A program made the translations under genes and the position numbers. 64,000 bases of DNA from an uncultured bacterium (GTDB taxonomy: Bacteria; Acidobacteriota; HRBIN11; JAKEFK01): the NCBI GenBank assembly GCA_963777505.1, contig CAVZQN010000004.1, positions 992,001-1,056,000 on the forward strand, read 5' to 3'. The notes under the pieces are model-generated. The model was given only the letters and a program-made list of their open reading frames with translations. It did no database searches and was not told where the DNA came from. Below, piece after piece: positions 8,100 to 18,034 of this stretch (within the stretch, counting starts at the first letter, position 1; each line of letters starts with the position of its first letter).

Positions 8100-9467
8100 A
8101 TGACAATTAAGTTGTTCATTTACCGTTTTTTCTTTGGGATGATGGCTTTGCTAACCAGCGCATTTGTAATGGCATCGAGCCACAGTGAAGCTCCAGGAGT
8201 CGGGCGGATACCCAGGTCCGACTGTACCGATGTTTATGCTTTTCGAAGCCCTGATGATCCAAATACAGTTACCATCATTGCCAATTACATTCCTTTAGAG
8301 GAACCAAATTCGGGACCTAACTTTTATCAGCTTGACGAACTTGGCCGCTACGAAATCAACATTGACAATAATCAAGATGCAAAAGAAGACATTAGTTTCG
8401 AATTTACATTTCAAACGAACATCAAGAATCCAAATACGTTCTTGAGTTTCCTGCCCGGAATCGATTCGCTTACAAGTGCTTCTTACAACATGGAACAAAG
8501 CTATTCTGTCGTGATGGTTCGTGGAAAGAAAAACCGTACGACTTTGACAACCGGAGCGATCGCACCTCCACCACGCGTAGGACCGGTAACAACTCCGAAT
8601 TATTCACCCCTGGCATTGAATGCAGTTTACACAGTTGGGACGAACATAAAAGTATTCGTTGGGCAACGTGATGATCCATTCTTTGCTGATCTTGCAGCGA
8701 TATTCGACGGTCTTACAATTCGCGAATTACCAGGAAATGCCGGTGGCGGTGTTGATGGTTTGGGCGGTTTTAATGTTCACTCGATTGCGATTCAAGTACC
8801 GATCGATCAACTAACCAGAAATAACACAATTCCAAGCGATCCAGCGGATCCGGCTGCGATTATGGGCTTTTGGTCCGATTCTTATTTGCCAAAAAGGATC
8901 GACGGCAATGGCGGCGGAAAATTGCGTCAGGTTTCTCGTCTTGGCTCACCGCTTGTAAATGAAGTTGTCATACCCTTAGGCGACAAGGAAAATTGGAATG
9001 CATCGGATCCGAAAAACGACGCACAATTTTTATCTTACGTTACCAATCCCGAACTAGCGACTCTACTTAATGCTATCTATGGCATCAGCGTTCCACCAGC
9101 ACCTCGAAATGATTTAGTAGAAGTCTTTTTAACAGGGGTAACAGGATTAACGAAAGATCCAAACGTAGTGCCATCCGAACAGTTGAGACTCAATGTTGCA
9201 GTTCCTGTTACAGCAACTCCGAACAGACTCGGTGTGCTGGGTGGTGATCTTCAAGGCTTTCCAAATGGAAGAAGACTCGCTGATGACATCATCGATATTT
9301 CTTTGAGAGCCGTCGCAGGTGTTCTTGTTCCGGGTTTTGATATTGCACCGAACAACCAGTTAGGGGATGGAATCGATGCAAATGATCTTCCGTTTTCCAG
9401 TACGTTTCCGTATCTGGCTGATCCGCATGATCCGTTAACACATACGCATCATCCGACACAGCCGTAG
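8100..9467 (+). CDS. DUF4331 domain-containing secreted protein
   Basis: Signal peptide then SSHSEAP, DVYAF, GQRDDPFF, QVSRLGSPLVNEV, GFPNGRRLADD, FPYL. Confidence 0.9.
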   Translation: MTIKLFIYRFFFGMMALLTSAFVMASSHSEAPGVGRIPRSDCTDVYAFRSPDDPNTVTIIANYIPLEEPNSGPNFYQLDELGRYEINIDNNQDAKEDISFEFTFQTNIKNPNTFLSFLPGIDSLTSASYNMEQSYSVVMVRGKKNRTTLTTGAIAPPPRVGPVTTPNYSPLALNAVYTVGTNIKVFVGQRDDPFFADLAAIFDGLTIRELPGNAGGGVDGLGGFNVHSIAIQVPIDQLTRNNTIPSDPADPAAIMGFWSDSYLPKRIDGNGGGKLRQVSRLGSPLVNEVVIPLGDKENWNASDPKNDAQFLSYVTNPELATLLNAIYGISVPPAPRNDLVEVFLTGVTGLTKDPNVVPSEQLRLNVAVPVTATPNRLGVLGGDLQGFPNGRRLADDIIDISLRAVAGVLVPGFDIAPNNQLGDGIDANDLPFSSTFPYLADPHDPLTHTHHPTQP

Positions 9468-9478
9468 TTGGATGTTTT

Positions 9479-9586
9479 TGAGGCCCGGCCCCGCGGATGC
9501 GGGGATCGGGGGCCGGGCCTCAGTTATTCTTGCAATTCGAGGCCCGGCCTTACGCACCCCAATCACCGCAAGGCCGCGCCTCGAAT
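9479..9586. repeat. Two related GC-rich hairpins between convergent genes
   Basis: TGAGGCCCGGCCCC...GGGGCCGGGCCTCA (9479-9522) and ATTCGAGGCCCGGCCTT...AAGGCCGCGCCTCGAAT (9535-9586). Confidence 0.55.
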
Positions 9587-12454
9587 CGCTATTTGCAGCA
9601 ATTCTGCCAAATGCATTGCACGCCTGGATGTCGATTGCGCAATTTGTTCCCTGCAACTAAAGCCATCTGCAACGATCAACGTTTCTTCCGGCGCACTTCG
9701 AACCGCCGGCAACAAAAGTCTTTCACCAATTGAACGTGATATATCGGAGTGGTTTTTTTCGAAACCGAATGAACCTGCCATTCCGCAACAGCCAGGATCA
9801 GGCACTTCAAACTCGATACCAAGTTGAGTTAGAAGATTGGTTTCTGATTGCATTCCAAAAATGGCGCGATGATGGCAATGTCCATGAAGAATCACTTTTC
9901 GATTCACCAACGCGGATAAAGGCTGCGCATACTTTTCAAGAAAGTCTGAGAAAAGAAATGTTTGGCGTGCCAATGTTTTTGCGCGGTCATTATCTGGAAA
10001 CAGGTTCAACATTTCGTCTTTGAAAATAGCCGTACAGCTTGGCTCAATCCCGATAACAGGAATTCCTTTTTCGATCGATTCATCAAGTGACGTCAAAATT
10101 TGTTGAAGCTGTTGCTTTGCGAGCTGCAGCATCCCGTAATCGTAGAGAGGACGTCCACAGCAAAGTGGATCGGAAGGAATTTGCACATGAAAGCCGGCTT
10201 TCTCAAGTACGAAGACCGCGGCTTTGAGTGTTTCGGGATAAAAATAATTGTTGAAAGTATCAGGCCATAAAATCACTGGCCGTAATTTTTCTTGAGCCAG
10301 CGGCTGTCTCTTAAACCATTTCGTAAAGCTTTCTTTTGCGAACAATGGGATCTTCCGATCTTTCGAAATTCCGCCCAGCAATTTTACTCCTGCAGATAAA
10401 ACACTGTTTTGAGAAATATGATTGACCAGGCCGGGAGCGAATGAAGCCATCCGAGCCCACCAATGGATCAGGCCCATTGAATAGGCAGACAACGGACGGA
10501 ATCTCCCACGATAATAATGCGAAAGGAATTCTGCCTTATATGTCGCCATATCAACTTCGGCTGGACATTCTTTCTTACATCCTTTACATGCCAGACATAG
10601 ATCCAATGCTTCCTTTACATCAGGATCGCGCCAACCATTTCGCAAGACTTCACCTTGCATCATTTCAAAGAGCAAGCGCGCACGGCCGCGCGTTGAATGC
10701 TTTTCTTCCGAGGTCACCATGTAACTCGGACACATCGTTCCGCCTTCAGTTCTTCTGCACTTACCTACGCCTACACATCTCAACATTGCATGGGAAAATT
10801 TTCTGTCATCCTGCGGAAAGGCGAATTCAGTTTTAACAACAGCGGGATTATATTCAGCTCCAAGGCGGAGATTTTCATCCAACCGGTAAGGATCAACAAC
10901 TTTTCCAGGATTCATTTTTCCATCAGGATCCCAGATCGCTTTAAATTCTCGAAAAGCATCAATCAATTCAGGTCCGAACATTTTCGACAACAATTCTCCC
11001 CGCGATTGTCCATCTCCATGTTCACCGGAAAGTGAGCCGCCATACTGAATCACAAGATCTGCTGCATCGAAAACGAAAGATCGATACTTCTTGATTCCTT
11101 CTTTCGTAAGAAGATCAAAATTAAGACGCGTATGCACGCATCCCTGGCCAAAGTGACCGTAAAGTGAACCATCATATTCATAACGATTCAACAACTGTTT
11201 GAAGTCTCTAAGATACTTGCCGAGGTTTTCGGGAGGAACTGCGGCGTCTTCCCAGCCTTCCCATGTGTGAGGCTCACCAGGCGCAAAAGCCGTGGCACCT
11301 AAGGCTGATTCGCGAACAAGCCACACCTGGCTTTGCTCCTCTTTCTTTGCAAAGATTTTTGATTTCACCATGCCATGTTTTTTGAATTCCGATTCCAATT
11401 CTCCTGCTTTATCTAAAGCTTCTTTTTCGGTATCGCCGCCAAATTCTATGAGCAACCATCCGTCTCCTTCCGGAAGCAGTTCTATATTTGCAGGATGCAT
11501 GTTTTTCTTTTTCATCATTGAAATCAGATAACTATCGATTGCTTCCAATCCTAATGGCTTGAAACGAAGAATGTCAGGGACATGATCTGCAGCAGTAGCA
11601 ATATCGGAATATGCTGCTGCGACCAAAACTCTGAAAGGCGGGCTATGTACTAAATTGACTGTTGCATTTAGGACAACAACGCACGTGCCTTCCGAACCAA
11701 CAAGGGCACGCGCAACATGAAAATCATTTTCCGGTAAAAGCTGCGGTAAGTTATAACCTGAAACCCTTCGCGGGATATCCGGATAGCGTTTCCGTATCAA
11801 CTCGCTGTAGCGATCGCGCAGCAATTTTAATTTCTGAAAGATCTCGCCCTGCTGCTGTCCGTTCTGAATCCGTTTTTCGAGTCCTTCTTCGGTTGTTCTA
11901 CCCACCTTCATGCGCAAGCCGTTATAAGTGAGTATTTCTAGCTCATGAACATTTTCCTCAGTCTTCCCAGAATATACAGAATGAACACCGCAGGAATTAT
12001 TGCCGATCATTCCTCCAAGTGTGCAATGCGAATGCGTTGCCGGATCGGGTCCAAAAGTCAGACCATATTTTTCGGCAGCATTGCGCAAATGGTCCAGTAC
12101 GACACCAGGCTGTACATGAGCGATCCTTTTTTCGGGATCGATAGAGATGATTCGATTGAAATATTTTGATGTATCCAGAATGATGGCAACGTTACAGCAT
12201 TGTCCGGCTAAACTTGTTCCGCCGCCACGCGCAAGGATTGGAGCTTGATAGTGCCTGGCAACTTCGAGTGTTTTTTGAATGTCTTCTTCCGACTTTGGCA
12301 GAACGACACCGACCGGGACTTGTCTGTAGTTTGAAGAATCTGTTGCATAAAGCGCGCGGCTTCCATCATCAAAACGGACTTCACCCTGAATCGTATTTTG
12401 CAAATCGGCAGCAATCCGATTTCTAAGATCAGCTGAGTGGATAAACTCTTTCAT
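9563..12454 (-). CDS. FAD-binding and Fe-S-binding oxidoreductase (YdiJ / GlcD-GlcF fusion type 2-hydroxyacid dehydrogenase family)
   Basis: RGGGTSLAGQ, FGPDPAT, SGEHGDG, CVGVGKC, CLACKGCKKECP, CCGRP, CCGMAGSFG. Confidence 0.92.
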   Translation of the reverse strand: MKEFIHSADLRNRIAADLQNTIQGEVRFDDGSRALYATDSSNYRQVPVGVVLPKSEEDIQKTLEVARHYQAPILARGGGTSLAGQCCNVAIILDTSKYFNRIISIDPEKRIAHVQPGVVLDHLRNAAEKYGLTFGPDPATHSHCTLGGMIGNNSCGVHSVYSGKTEENVHELEILTYNGLRMKVGRTTEEGLEKRIQNGQQQGEIFQKLKLLRDRYSELIRKRYPDIPRRVSGYNLPQLLPENDFHVARALVGSEGTCVVVLNATVNLVHSPPFRVLVAAAYSDIATAADHVPDILRFKPLGLEAIDSYLISMMKKKNMHPANIELLPEGDGWLLIEFGGDTEKEALDKAGELESEFKKHGMVKSKIFAKKEEQSQVWLVRESALGATAFAPGEPHTWEGWEDAAVPPENLGKYLRDFKQLLNRYEYDGSLYGHFGQGCVHTRLNFDLLTKEGIKKYRSFVFDAADLVIQYGGSLSGEHGDGQSRGELLSKMFGPELIDAFREFKAIWDPDGKMNPGKVVDPYRLDENLRLGAEYNPAVVKTEFAFPQDDRKFSHAMLRCVGVGKCRRTEGGTMCPSYMVTSEEKHSTRGRARLLFEMMQGEVLRNGWRDPDVKEALDLCLACKGCKKECPAEVDMATYKAEFLSHYYRGRFRPLSAYSMGLIHWWARMASFAPGLVNHISQNSVLSAGVKLLGGISKDRKIPLFAKESFTKWFKRQPLAQEKLRPVILWPDTFNNYFYPETLKAAVFVLEKAGFHVQIPSDPLCCGRPLYDYGMLQLAKQQLQQILTSLDESIEKGIPVIGIEPSCTAIFKDEMLNLFPDNDRAKTLARQTFLFSDFLEKYAQPLSALVNRKVILHGHCHHRAIFGMQSETNLLTQLGIEFEVPDPGCCGMAGSFGFEKNHSDISRSIGERLLLPAVRSAPEETLIVADGFSCREQIAQSTSRRAMHLAELLQIAIRGAALR

Positions 12455-12490
12455 AGTTGTGACGCGATATGGTCACAAAATATGATCGCA

Positions 12491-12544
12491 TTTTGTAACG
12501 CTTGCTTCCAGCCGGCTCTTAGGATTTACCGCAGGGACGCCGAG
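12491..12544 (+). repeat. Composite intergenic repeat (GTAACGCCGGC..GCCGGCTC plus ACCGC..GAG)
   Basis: Similar composite at 34248-34306; related palindromes at 1631-1677 and 14795-14850. Confidence 0.5.
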
Positions 12545-12557
12545 CAAATAGAATTAA

Positions 12558-13469
12558 CTAATCCGAATTGGCGCTTGTTTTTGGCTCACGGTACCAACGT
12601 AGTCCTGATGAATATTCCTTGTTGGTTAATTTGAGTTGAGTGAGGGAGCGTTTTGGATTGAGATGAGCGCAGGCGATCAGAATTGCATTCAGCAATGTCA
12701 TTGGCGCAGCATATGAACCAATCCACGATGGACTCACTGTGGATACAACTAAAAATGAGTCACTGTATCGCGCGATTGGTGTTGTGCTCGCATCCGTAAT
12801 TCCAAACGTTTCGACATCATTTTTCTTTGCACGGTGGACAGCTTCCACGACAACACGAAGACATTGACCGAAGCTGATAGCAATAAGCAAATCATTCTTT
12901 TTTAATACTTTTACTTTATGCTGCAAATTTCCTTCACTCCCTGATGGAGCTTCCGCATCAAGTCCAAGCGCGGTTAAACCGTACGACAGATGGTAGGCAA
13001 GGGAAGCGGCAAGATCGACGCCGACTACGAGAATTTTTCGTGAACGATGAATCGTTTTCGCTATTTCTACAACGCGATCACGATCAAGTTCGGATCGGAG
13101 TGTATTCAGATTTTCAAATGATTTATCAATACTATGATCGATCAAATCGGTAATGCTTTGTTTTCCTTCAGCCGCTGCTTTTAATGCTGTGTATGCGGTT
13201 ACACGTGTAAGGAAGTGTTGTCGGAGTTCGACAGTAAAATCAGCAAAGCCATTGTAGCCGAGAGCTTGTACAGTTCGAACAATTGTTGCTGCATCCACAT
13301 CAAAACGTTTGGCAAGTTCACGGGAGGAAAGGAAACAGGTTTCAGCGCTATTATCAAGAATCGATCGAATTAATTTCTGGCGCTGCGGGCCGAGTCGCGA
13401 ACGAGCCGAAATAAAACGCTTTTCCAGGGTGGAATAATTATTTGTTTTTGAGTCTGCCTTGCGTGCCAT
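12558..13469 (-). CDS. MurR/RpiR family transcriptional regulator
   Basis: HTH (SSRELAKRFDVDAATIVRTVQALGYNGF) plus SIS domain (DLLIAISF, ITDASTTPIA). Confidence 0.9.
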   Translation of the reverse strand: MARKADSKTNNYSTLEKRFISARSRLGPQRQKLIRSILDNSAETCFLSSRELAKRFDVDAATIVRTVQALGYNGFADFTVELRQHFLTRVTAYTALKAAAEGKQSITDLIDHSIDKSFENLNTLRSELDRDRVVEIAKTIHRSRKILVVGVDLAASLAYHLSYGLTALGLDAEAPSGSEGNLQHKVKVLKKNDLLIAISFGQCLRVVVEAVHRAKKNDVETFGITDASTTPIARYSDSFLVVSTVSPSWIGSYAAPMTLLNAILIACAHLNPKRSLTQLKLTNKEYSSGLRWYREPKTSANSD

Positions 13470-13507
13470 TATACGGATACATCAAGAATAACATACACCA
13501 AGAGGGG

Positions 13508-13555
13508 CATGCAATAAGTATTGCATGTTTGTGGATAGCGCAATATTTGTTGTTT
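13508..13555. promoter_or_regulatory. Palindromic operator plus degenerate second site between rpiR and the GMP reductase gene
   Basis: CATGCAATA-AG-TATTGCATG (13508-13527); GCGCA-atatttgt-TGTTT starts 29 bp after the first core. Confidence 0.65.
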
Positions 13556-13610
13556 TTTAACACCGAAGACTCAAAGCGGCAAAGATGTAAACTATGACCA
13601 GGAGAAATAA

Positions 13611-14621
13611 ATGGAGCGAAATGCTTTAGCTTATGATGATGTTCTTTTGATCCCTTCATACAACCACTACGAATCTCGAAAAACTGTGTCGCTCGCAATG
13701 ACTGACCGGACCGGAAAACTGAGTCTGGAGCTTCCGGTGTTCACATCCAATATGGATACGATTACAGAACATAAGATGGCGAATTTTATCGCCAATTATG
13801 GCGGAATCGGTGTTCTTCACCGCTACATGTCGATTGAAAGAAATGTTCAAGAATTTAATAAGGTAGATGCGAATGTTTTTGTATCTGTTGGCACAGGTCA
13901 GAAAGAGGTTGAACGGGCCGAAGCATTACGGGATGCTGGCGCTTCTTATTTTTGTATTGATGTTGCGCATGCACATGCAAAATATGTCGGACGCGTTTTG
14001 AAAGAGCTACGAGATATGCTTCCAGATGCCTGCATCATGGCTGGAAATGTAGCAACGTATGCTGGTGCTGATTATCTTGCTTCGCTAGGAGCCGACATTA
14101 TCAAAGTTGGAATCGGAGCCGGTTCTGTATGTACGACACGGCTTAAAACTGGATTTGGTGTGCCAATGCTCACAGCAATTCAAGAGTGTGCTCGCGTTGA
14201 TCGCTCCATTGTTGCGGATGGCGGAATTCGCATGCCGGGAGATATGGTAAAAGCTATAGCATTTGGAGCAGACTTTGTAATGATTGGCGGAATGCTTGCG
14301 GGAACAAAATCAACGCCGGGTGAGGTCATCAGCAAAGAAAATGGAACGAAGGCGAAGATTTATCGCGGCATGGCAAGCCGTGAAGCACAGGAAACATTTC
14401 TTGGACCGATGCCTGATTGGAAAACCGAGGAAGGTGTTACAACCGAAGTTGAGTTTCGTGAAGATGAAGAAGCGATCATTGCCGATATTATCGGTGGTCT
14501 GCGGTCGGGTCTAACTTACGGCGGGTCAAAAAATATTCCAGAGCTCAAACGGAAATTGAACTACGTTCTGGTCTCTCAAGCTGGGGTTATCGAAAGCTTT
14601 CCACACAAACTGCTAAAATAG
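13611..14621 (+). CDS. guaC: GMP reductase (IMPDH/GMPR family, no CBS domain)
   Basis: [37 protein letters not shown] (KTG is GMPR-like), ADGGI, YRGMAS; family certain, GuaC versus GuaB less so. Confidence 0.7.
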   Translation: MERNALAYDDVLLIPSYNHYESRKTVSLAMTDRTGKLSLELPVFTSNMDTITEHKMANFIANYGGIGVLHRYMSIERNVQEFNKVDANVFVSVGTGQKEVERAEALRDAGASYFCIDVAHAHAKYVGRVLKELRDMLPDACIMAGNVATYAGADYLASLGADIIKVGIGAGSVCTTRLKTGFGVPMLTAIQECARVDRSIVADGGIRMPGDMVKAIAFGADFVMIGGMLAGTKSTPGEVISKENGTKAKIYRGMASREAQETFLGPMPDWKTEEGVTTEVEFREDEEAIIADIIGGLRSGLTYGGSKNIPELKRKLNYVLVSQAGVIESFPHKLLK

Positions 14622-14629
14622 TTCGGTAT

Positions 14630-14729
14630 ATTGCAAATTGTACGATTGCAAATTGCAAATTTTATGATTGTTATGGACATTTGGAGCCAAGTTTAAAATC
14701 GTACAATTTACAATTGTACAATCTGCAAT
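14630..14729. repeat. Inverted 7/8-mer tandem arrays (ATTGCAA...TTGCAAT)
   Basis: attgcaa-attgtacg-attgcaa-attgcaa, spacer, then cgtacaat-ttacaat-tgtacaat-ctgcaat. Confidence 0.7.
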
Positions 14730-14882
14730 AACAAGTTTCCTCGATCATCATTTCAAACAATTCGGCGTATAAAGATAACCGCAAAGACGCAAAAGGAGCA
14801 GGCAAGATGCCTGCGGCTCTTAATGCGGACAAGGATGTCCGCGCTCCGTAAACCTTTTTGCAATTTCAAACGTCTATCAGTA

Positions 14883-14926
14883 TTGACACCATATATGATT
14901 AAGGAATATATTGCTATGACATATAT
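14883..14926 (+). promoter_or_regulatory. Sigma-70 promoter overlapped by candidate PadR operator
   Basis: TTGACA(14883)-N18-TATATT; ATATAT at 14891, 14906 and 14921 (15 bp period). Confidence 0.55.
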
Positions 14927-15269
14927 GTCAATAACAGTATTTAGTCGTGAATTAAAGAAAGGAAACGCCGAACTATTGATCCTTTCATTGATAGAACAAC
15001 GTCCGCGTCATGGGTATGAAATCAGCAAGCTGATTGAATCCCGTTCCAGGGGTGCGCTGAAATTTAATGTCGCATCTTTTTATCCCTTACTCTACAGGCT
15101 GGAACAACGCGGCTTAATTCAGGGGCGCTGGGTTGAAAAAGCGAATGAAAGGCGCAGGCGGTATTACAAGTTAACAACGCAAGGCAAAAAGATGCTGAAG
15201 GAACAGCGCAGCATCTGGCGCGATTTTGTTGAAGCGATGAATCAAATTACTGGAGCGGAACATGCATAA
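14925..15269 (+). CDS. PadR family regulator (acidobacterial type); start could be 14916
   Basis: LKKGNAELLILSLI..RHGYEI..FYPLLYRLEQRGLIQGRW..RRRYYKLT; overlaps the permease start. Confidence 0.9.
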   Translation: MSITVFSRELKKGNAELLILSLIEQRPRHGYEISKLIESRSRGALKFNVASFYPLLYRLEQRGLIQGRWVEKANERRRRYYKLTTQGKKMLKEQRSIWRDFVEAMNQITGAEHA

Positions 15270-18018
15270 TTGGCGAAAAGAAATTCAACCGTTTCTTGAA
15301 AAACTAAAACTGGATCCAGCTCGCGAACTCGAAATTGTTGAAGAACTAAGCCAGCATCTGAACGATAAATATGATGAACTTCAGAAAAGTGGATCTACCG
15401 CCGAAGCAGCCTACAAGACGGTCGTTGAAGATTTAAGCGCTGGAAAGCTCGCGGAAGAATTGCATCGAATATTACGAGCAAAACCCGATCAAATCGTGCT
15501 TGGTGAACAATCGAATGAGAGCTGGTTTTCCGGTATTGGTAAAGATCTGAGATATGGTTTACGTCTCTTACGATTGAATCCAGGTTTTGCGATCGTTGCA
15601 ATCCTTTCGCTGGCGCTTGGAATCGGTGCTAATACTGCTATTTTTCAATTATTGGATGCAGTGCGTTTGCGCAACTTACCGGTGAAAGATCCGCAGGAGC
15701 TTGCCGTTGTTCGAATTAACAACGCAACTGCCGGACGCACCGGCTCTTTTAATGGCTATCATTCGGATCTTACCAATGCACTCTGGGAAAATTTGCGCGA
15801 TCAACAGCAAGCTTTTTCAAGCATGGGTGCATGGTTTACAACACGACTGAATCTCAGCGAACGTGGAGAAGCTCGATACGCACAGGTCATGTATGTTAGC
15901 GGTCAATATTTCAACACACTTGGTGTTCAACCACTTCTCGGCCGTCTGATTTCCGAAGCCGATGATAAGCCCGGCTGTTCCGGCTCACAAGCTGTGATTA
16001 GCCATTCATTTTGGCAGCGTGAATTCGGTGGATCTCAATCCGTTCTTGGAAAAGGTATACGGCTGGAAGGTCATCCGTTGGAAGTGATCGGAGTTACACC
16101 ATCGAAGTTTTTTGGGACGCAAGTTGGACACAATTTTGATATTGCAATTCCAATCTGTGCGGACAGTATTATCACGCAAGAAGATCCACGGATCGGAAAC
16201 AATCAAGCCTGGTGGCTTGCAGCAATCGGACGTCTGAAGCCAGGCTGGACAATCGATCGGGCTTCTGCGCAGCTTGCTACAATTTCTCCTCAAATCTTTG
16301 CAGCAACAGCTCCCGCGAAGTACGATCCAGTCGATCGGAAAAACTATCTTGGTTTCAAATTCGGCGCATTGCCAGCGAGTACAGGACTTTCTAATCTTCG
16401 CAAAGATTACGAAAAACCACTTTGGTTGCTAATGGGAATTGCAGGATTAGTGTTGTTGATTGCCTGCGCAAATCTTGCGAACTTGATGGTCGCTCGCGCA
16501 AGTGCACGTCAGCGCGAAATGGCCGTTCGACTTGCGTTGGGTGCATCGCGCAAAAGATTAGTTCGCCAATTGCTGGCAGAAAGTTTGATGCTTGCAGCAA
16601 TCGGAGCGTTGTTTGGTGCTGCGATAGCTCAGGGTGTTAGCCGGGTTCTTGTGTCATTCTTGAGCACTGAACGGACTCCTCTCTTTTTGAATCTTCAACC
16701 TGATTGGCACATGTTCCTTTTCACAGCAGGACTTACAGTCTTTACCTGTATCTTGTTCGGATTGACGCCGGCAATTCAAGCGGCGCGGACTCCACCCGGC
16801 GAAGTGATGAAAGCTCACAGTCGTGGTTTAACTGCTGCTCGATCCCGATTCGGTTTGCGCAGAACTCTGGTTGTGTCACAGGTTGCACTTTCTCTCGTGC
16901 TGTTGATCAGCGCACTTTTATTTGTTGGTACATTCCGAAATCTGTTAACTGTTGATGCAGGCTTTCAACAAGATCAAATACTGGTCAGCATGATCGATTT
17001 TTCGCGTCTAAAATTACCAGTTGAAAATCGTGCTGCATATAAAAAGGAAATGCTTGAGCGCGTTCGTTCGCTTCAAAATGTGGATGCAGCTGCCGACGTA
17101 TCGATTGTTCCATTGTCTGGAAATGGTTGGAATGAAAACATTAACGTTCCTGGATCCAATGTTCAGCGGCAAATTGCGAATTTTAATCAGGTTACTTCGG
17201 GATATTTCCAAACAGTTGGAACTGCACTTCTAGCAGGCCGTGATTTTAATAACAACGACACGCCAACTTCTCCAAAGGTCGCCATTGTGACAGAAACTTT
17301 TGTGCGTAAGTTTTTCAATGGCGCGAATCCTGTTGGAGCAACATTTTCAAAAATTCAAGGTGGAGATACTCCGGTTACATATCAAATCGTCGGCCTTGTG
17401 AAGGAATCGAAATACAGTACTCTACGCGAAGATTTTAATCCGCTTGTTTATCTTGCCGAATCACAAGAGGAGCGTCCCTATCCGGAGCTGCAAATTATGG
17501 TGCGATCCAATGAACCGTTGCCTTCCGTGATCTCATCCATTAAACAAGCGTCGTTGGAAATGAATCCCAACAATGTAGTTCGATTTCGAATTTTCCGAAC
17601 CTTGATCCGGGAAGGTTTATTGCGCGAACGATTAATGGCTTCGCTATCAGGATTTTTTGGATTGCTTGCTGCCATTCTTGCGATGACCGGTTTATATGGC
17701 GTGATTTCATATATGGTTGCTCGGCGGAAGAATGAAATCGGAATCCGTATCGCACTGGGTGCAAATGAACGGAGCATCCTTTCAATGATCTTGCGTGAAG
17801 CGGCTACGCTGCTTGGAATCGGTCTTGCAATTGGAACTGTGTTAGCCGTTGTTGCGGGTGCTGCTGCAAAAGCATTGTTGTTTGGATTGCAACCAGGTGA
17901 TCCAACAACGTTGCTGATCGCTGCAGCAGGTCTTGCTGTGGTTGCAGTTACAGCGAGCTTCATTCCTGCATGGCGTGCAGCAAATTTGAATCCGATGTTG
18001 GCGTTGCGGGAAGAATAA
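15262..18018 (+). CDS. Duplicated MacB/FtsX-type ABC permease (ADOP-like orphan permease)
   Basis: Permease prefix domain, LALGIGANTAIF, LLIACANLANL, REMAVRLALGA, EIGIRIALGA, PAWRAANLNPMLALREE. Confidence 0.93.
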   Translation: MHNWRKEIQPFLEKLKLDPARELEIVEELSQHLNDKYDELQKSGSTAEAAYKTVVEDLSAGKLAEELHRILRAKPDQIVLGEQSNESWFSGIGKDLRYGLRLLRLNPGFAIVAILSLALGIGANTAIFQLLDAVRLRNLPVKDPQELAVVRINNATAGRTGSFNGYHSDLTNALWENLRDQQQAFSSMGAWFTTRLNLSERGEARYAQVMYVSGQYFNTLGVQPLLGRLISEADDKPGCSGSQAVISHSFWQREFGGSQSVLGKGIRLEGHPLEVIGVTPSKFFGTQVGHNFDIAIPICADSIITQEDPRIGNNQAWWLAAIGRLKPGWTIDRASAQLATISPQIFAATAPAKYDPVDRKNYLGFKFGALPASTGLSNLRKDYEKPLWLLMGIAGLVLLIACANLANLMVARASARQREMAVRLALGASRKRLVRQLLAESLMLAAIGALFGAAIAQGVSRVLVSFLSTERTPLFLNLQPDWHMFLFTAGLTVFTCILFGLTPAIQAARTPPGEVMKAHSRGLTAARSRFGLRRTLVVSQVALSLVLLISALLFVGTFRNLLTVDAGFQQDQILVSMIDFSRLKLPVENRAAYKKEMLERVRSLQNVDAAADVSIVPLSGNGWNENINVPGSNVQRQIANFNQVTSGYFQTVGTALLAGRDFNNNDTPTSPKVAIVTETFVRKFFNGANPVGATFSKIQGGDTPVTYQIVGLVKESKYSTLREDFNPLVYLAESQEERPYPELQIMVRSNEPLPSVISSIKQASLEMNPNNVVRFRIFRTLIREGLLRERLMASLSGFFGLLAAILAMTGLYGVISYMVARRKNEIGIRIALGANERSILSMILREAATLLGIGLAIGTVLAVVAGAAAKALLFGLQPGDPTTLLIAAAGLAVVAVTASFIPAWRAANLNPMLALREE

Positions 18019-18034
18019 CTTTGTGCCATTGCGG

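Noticed and set aside
14823-14924. Upstream extension of the padR ORF (likewise 34280-34339 for the cupin)
   Set aside because: These translate intergenic repeat or promoter DNA; downstream starts fit the promoter or RBS.
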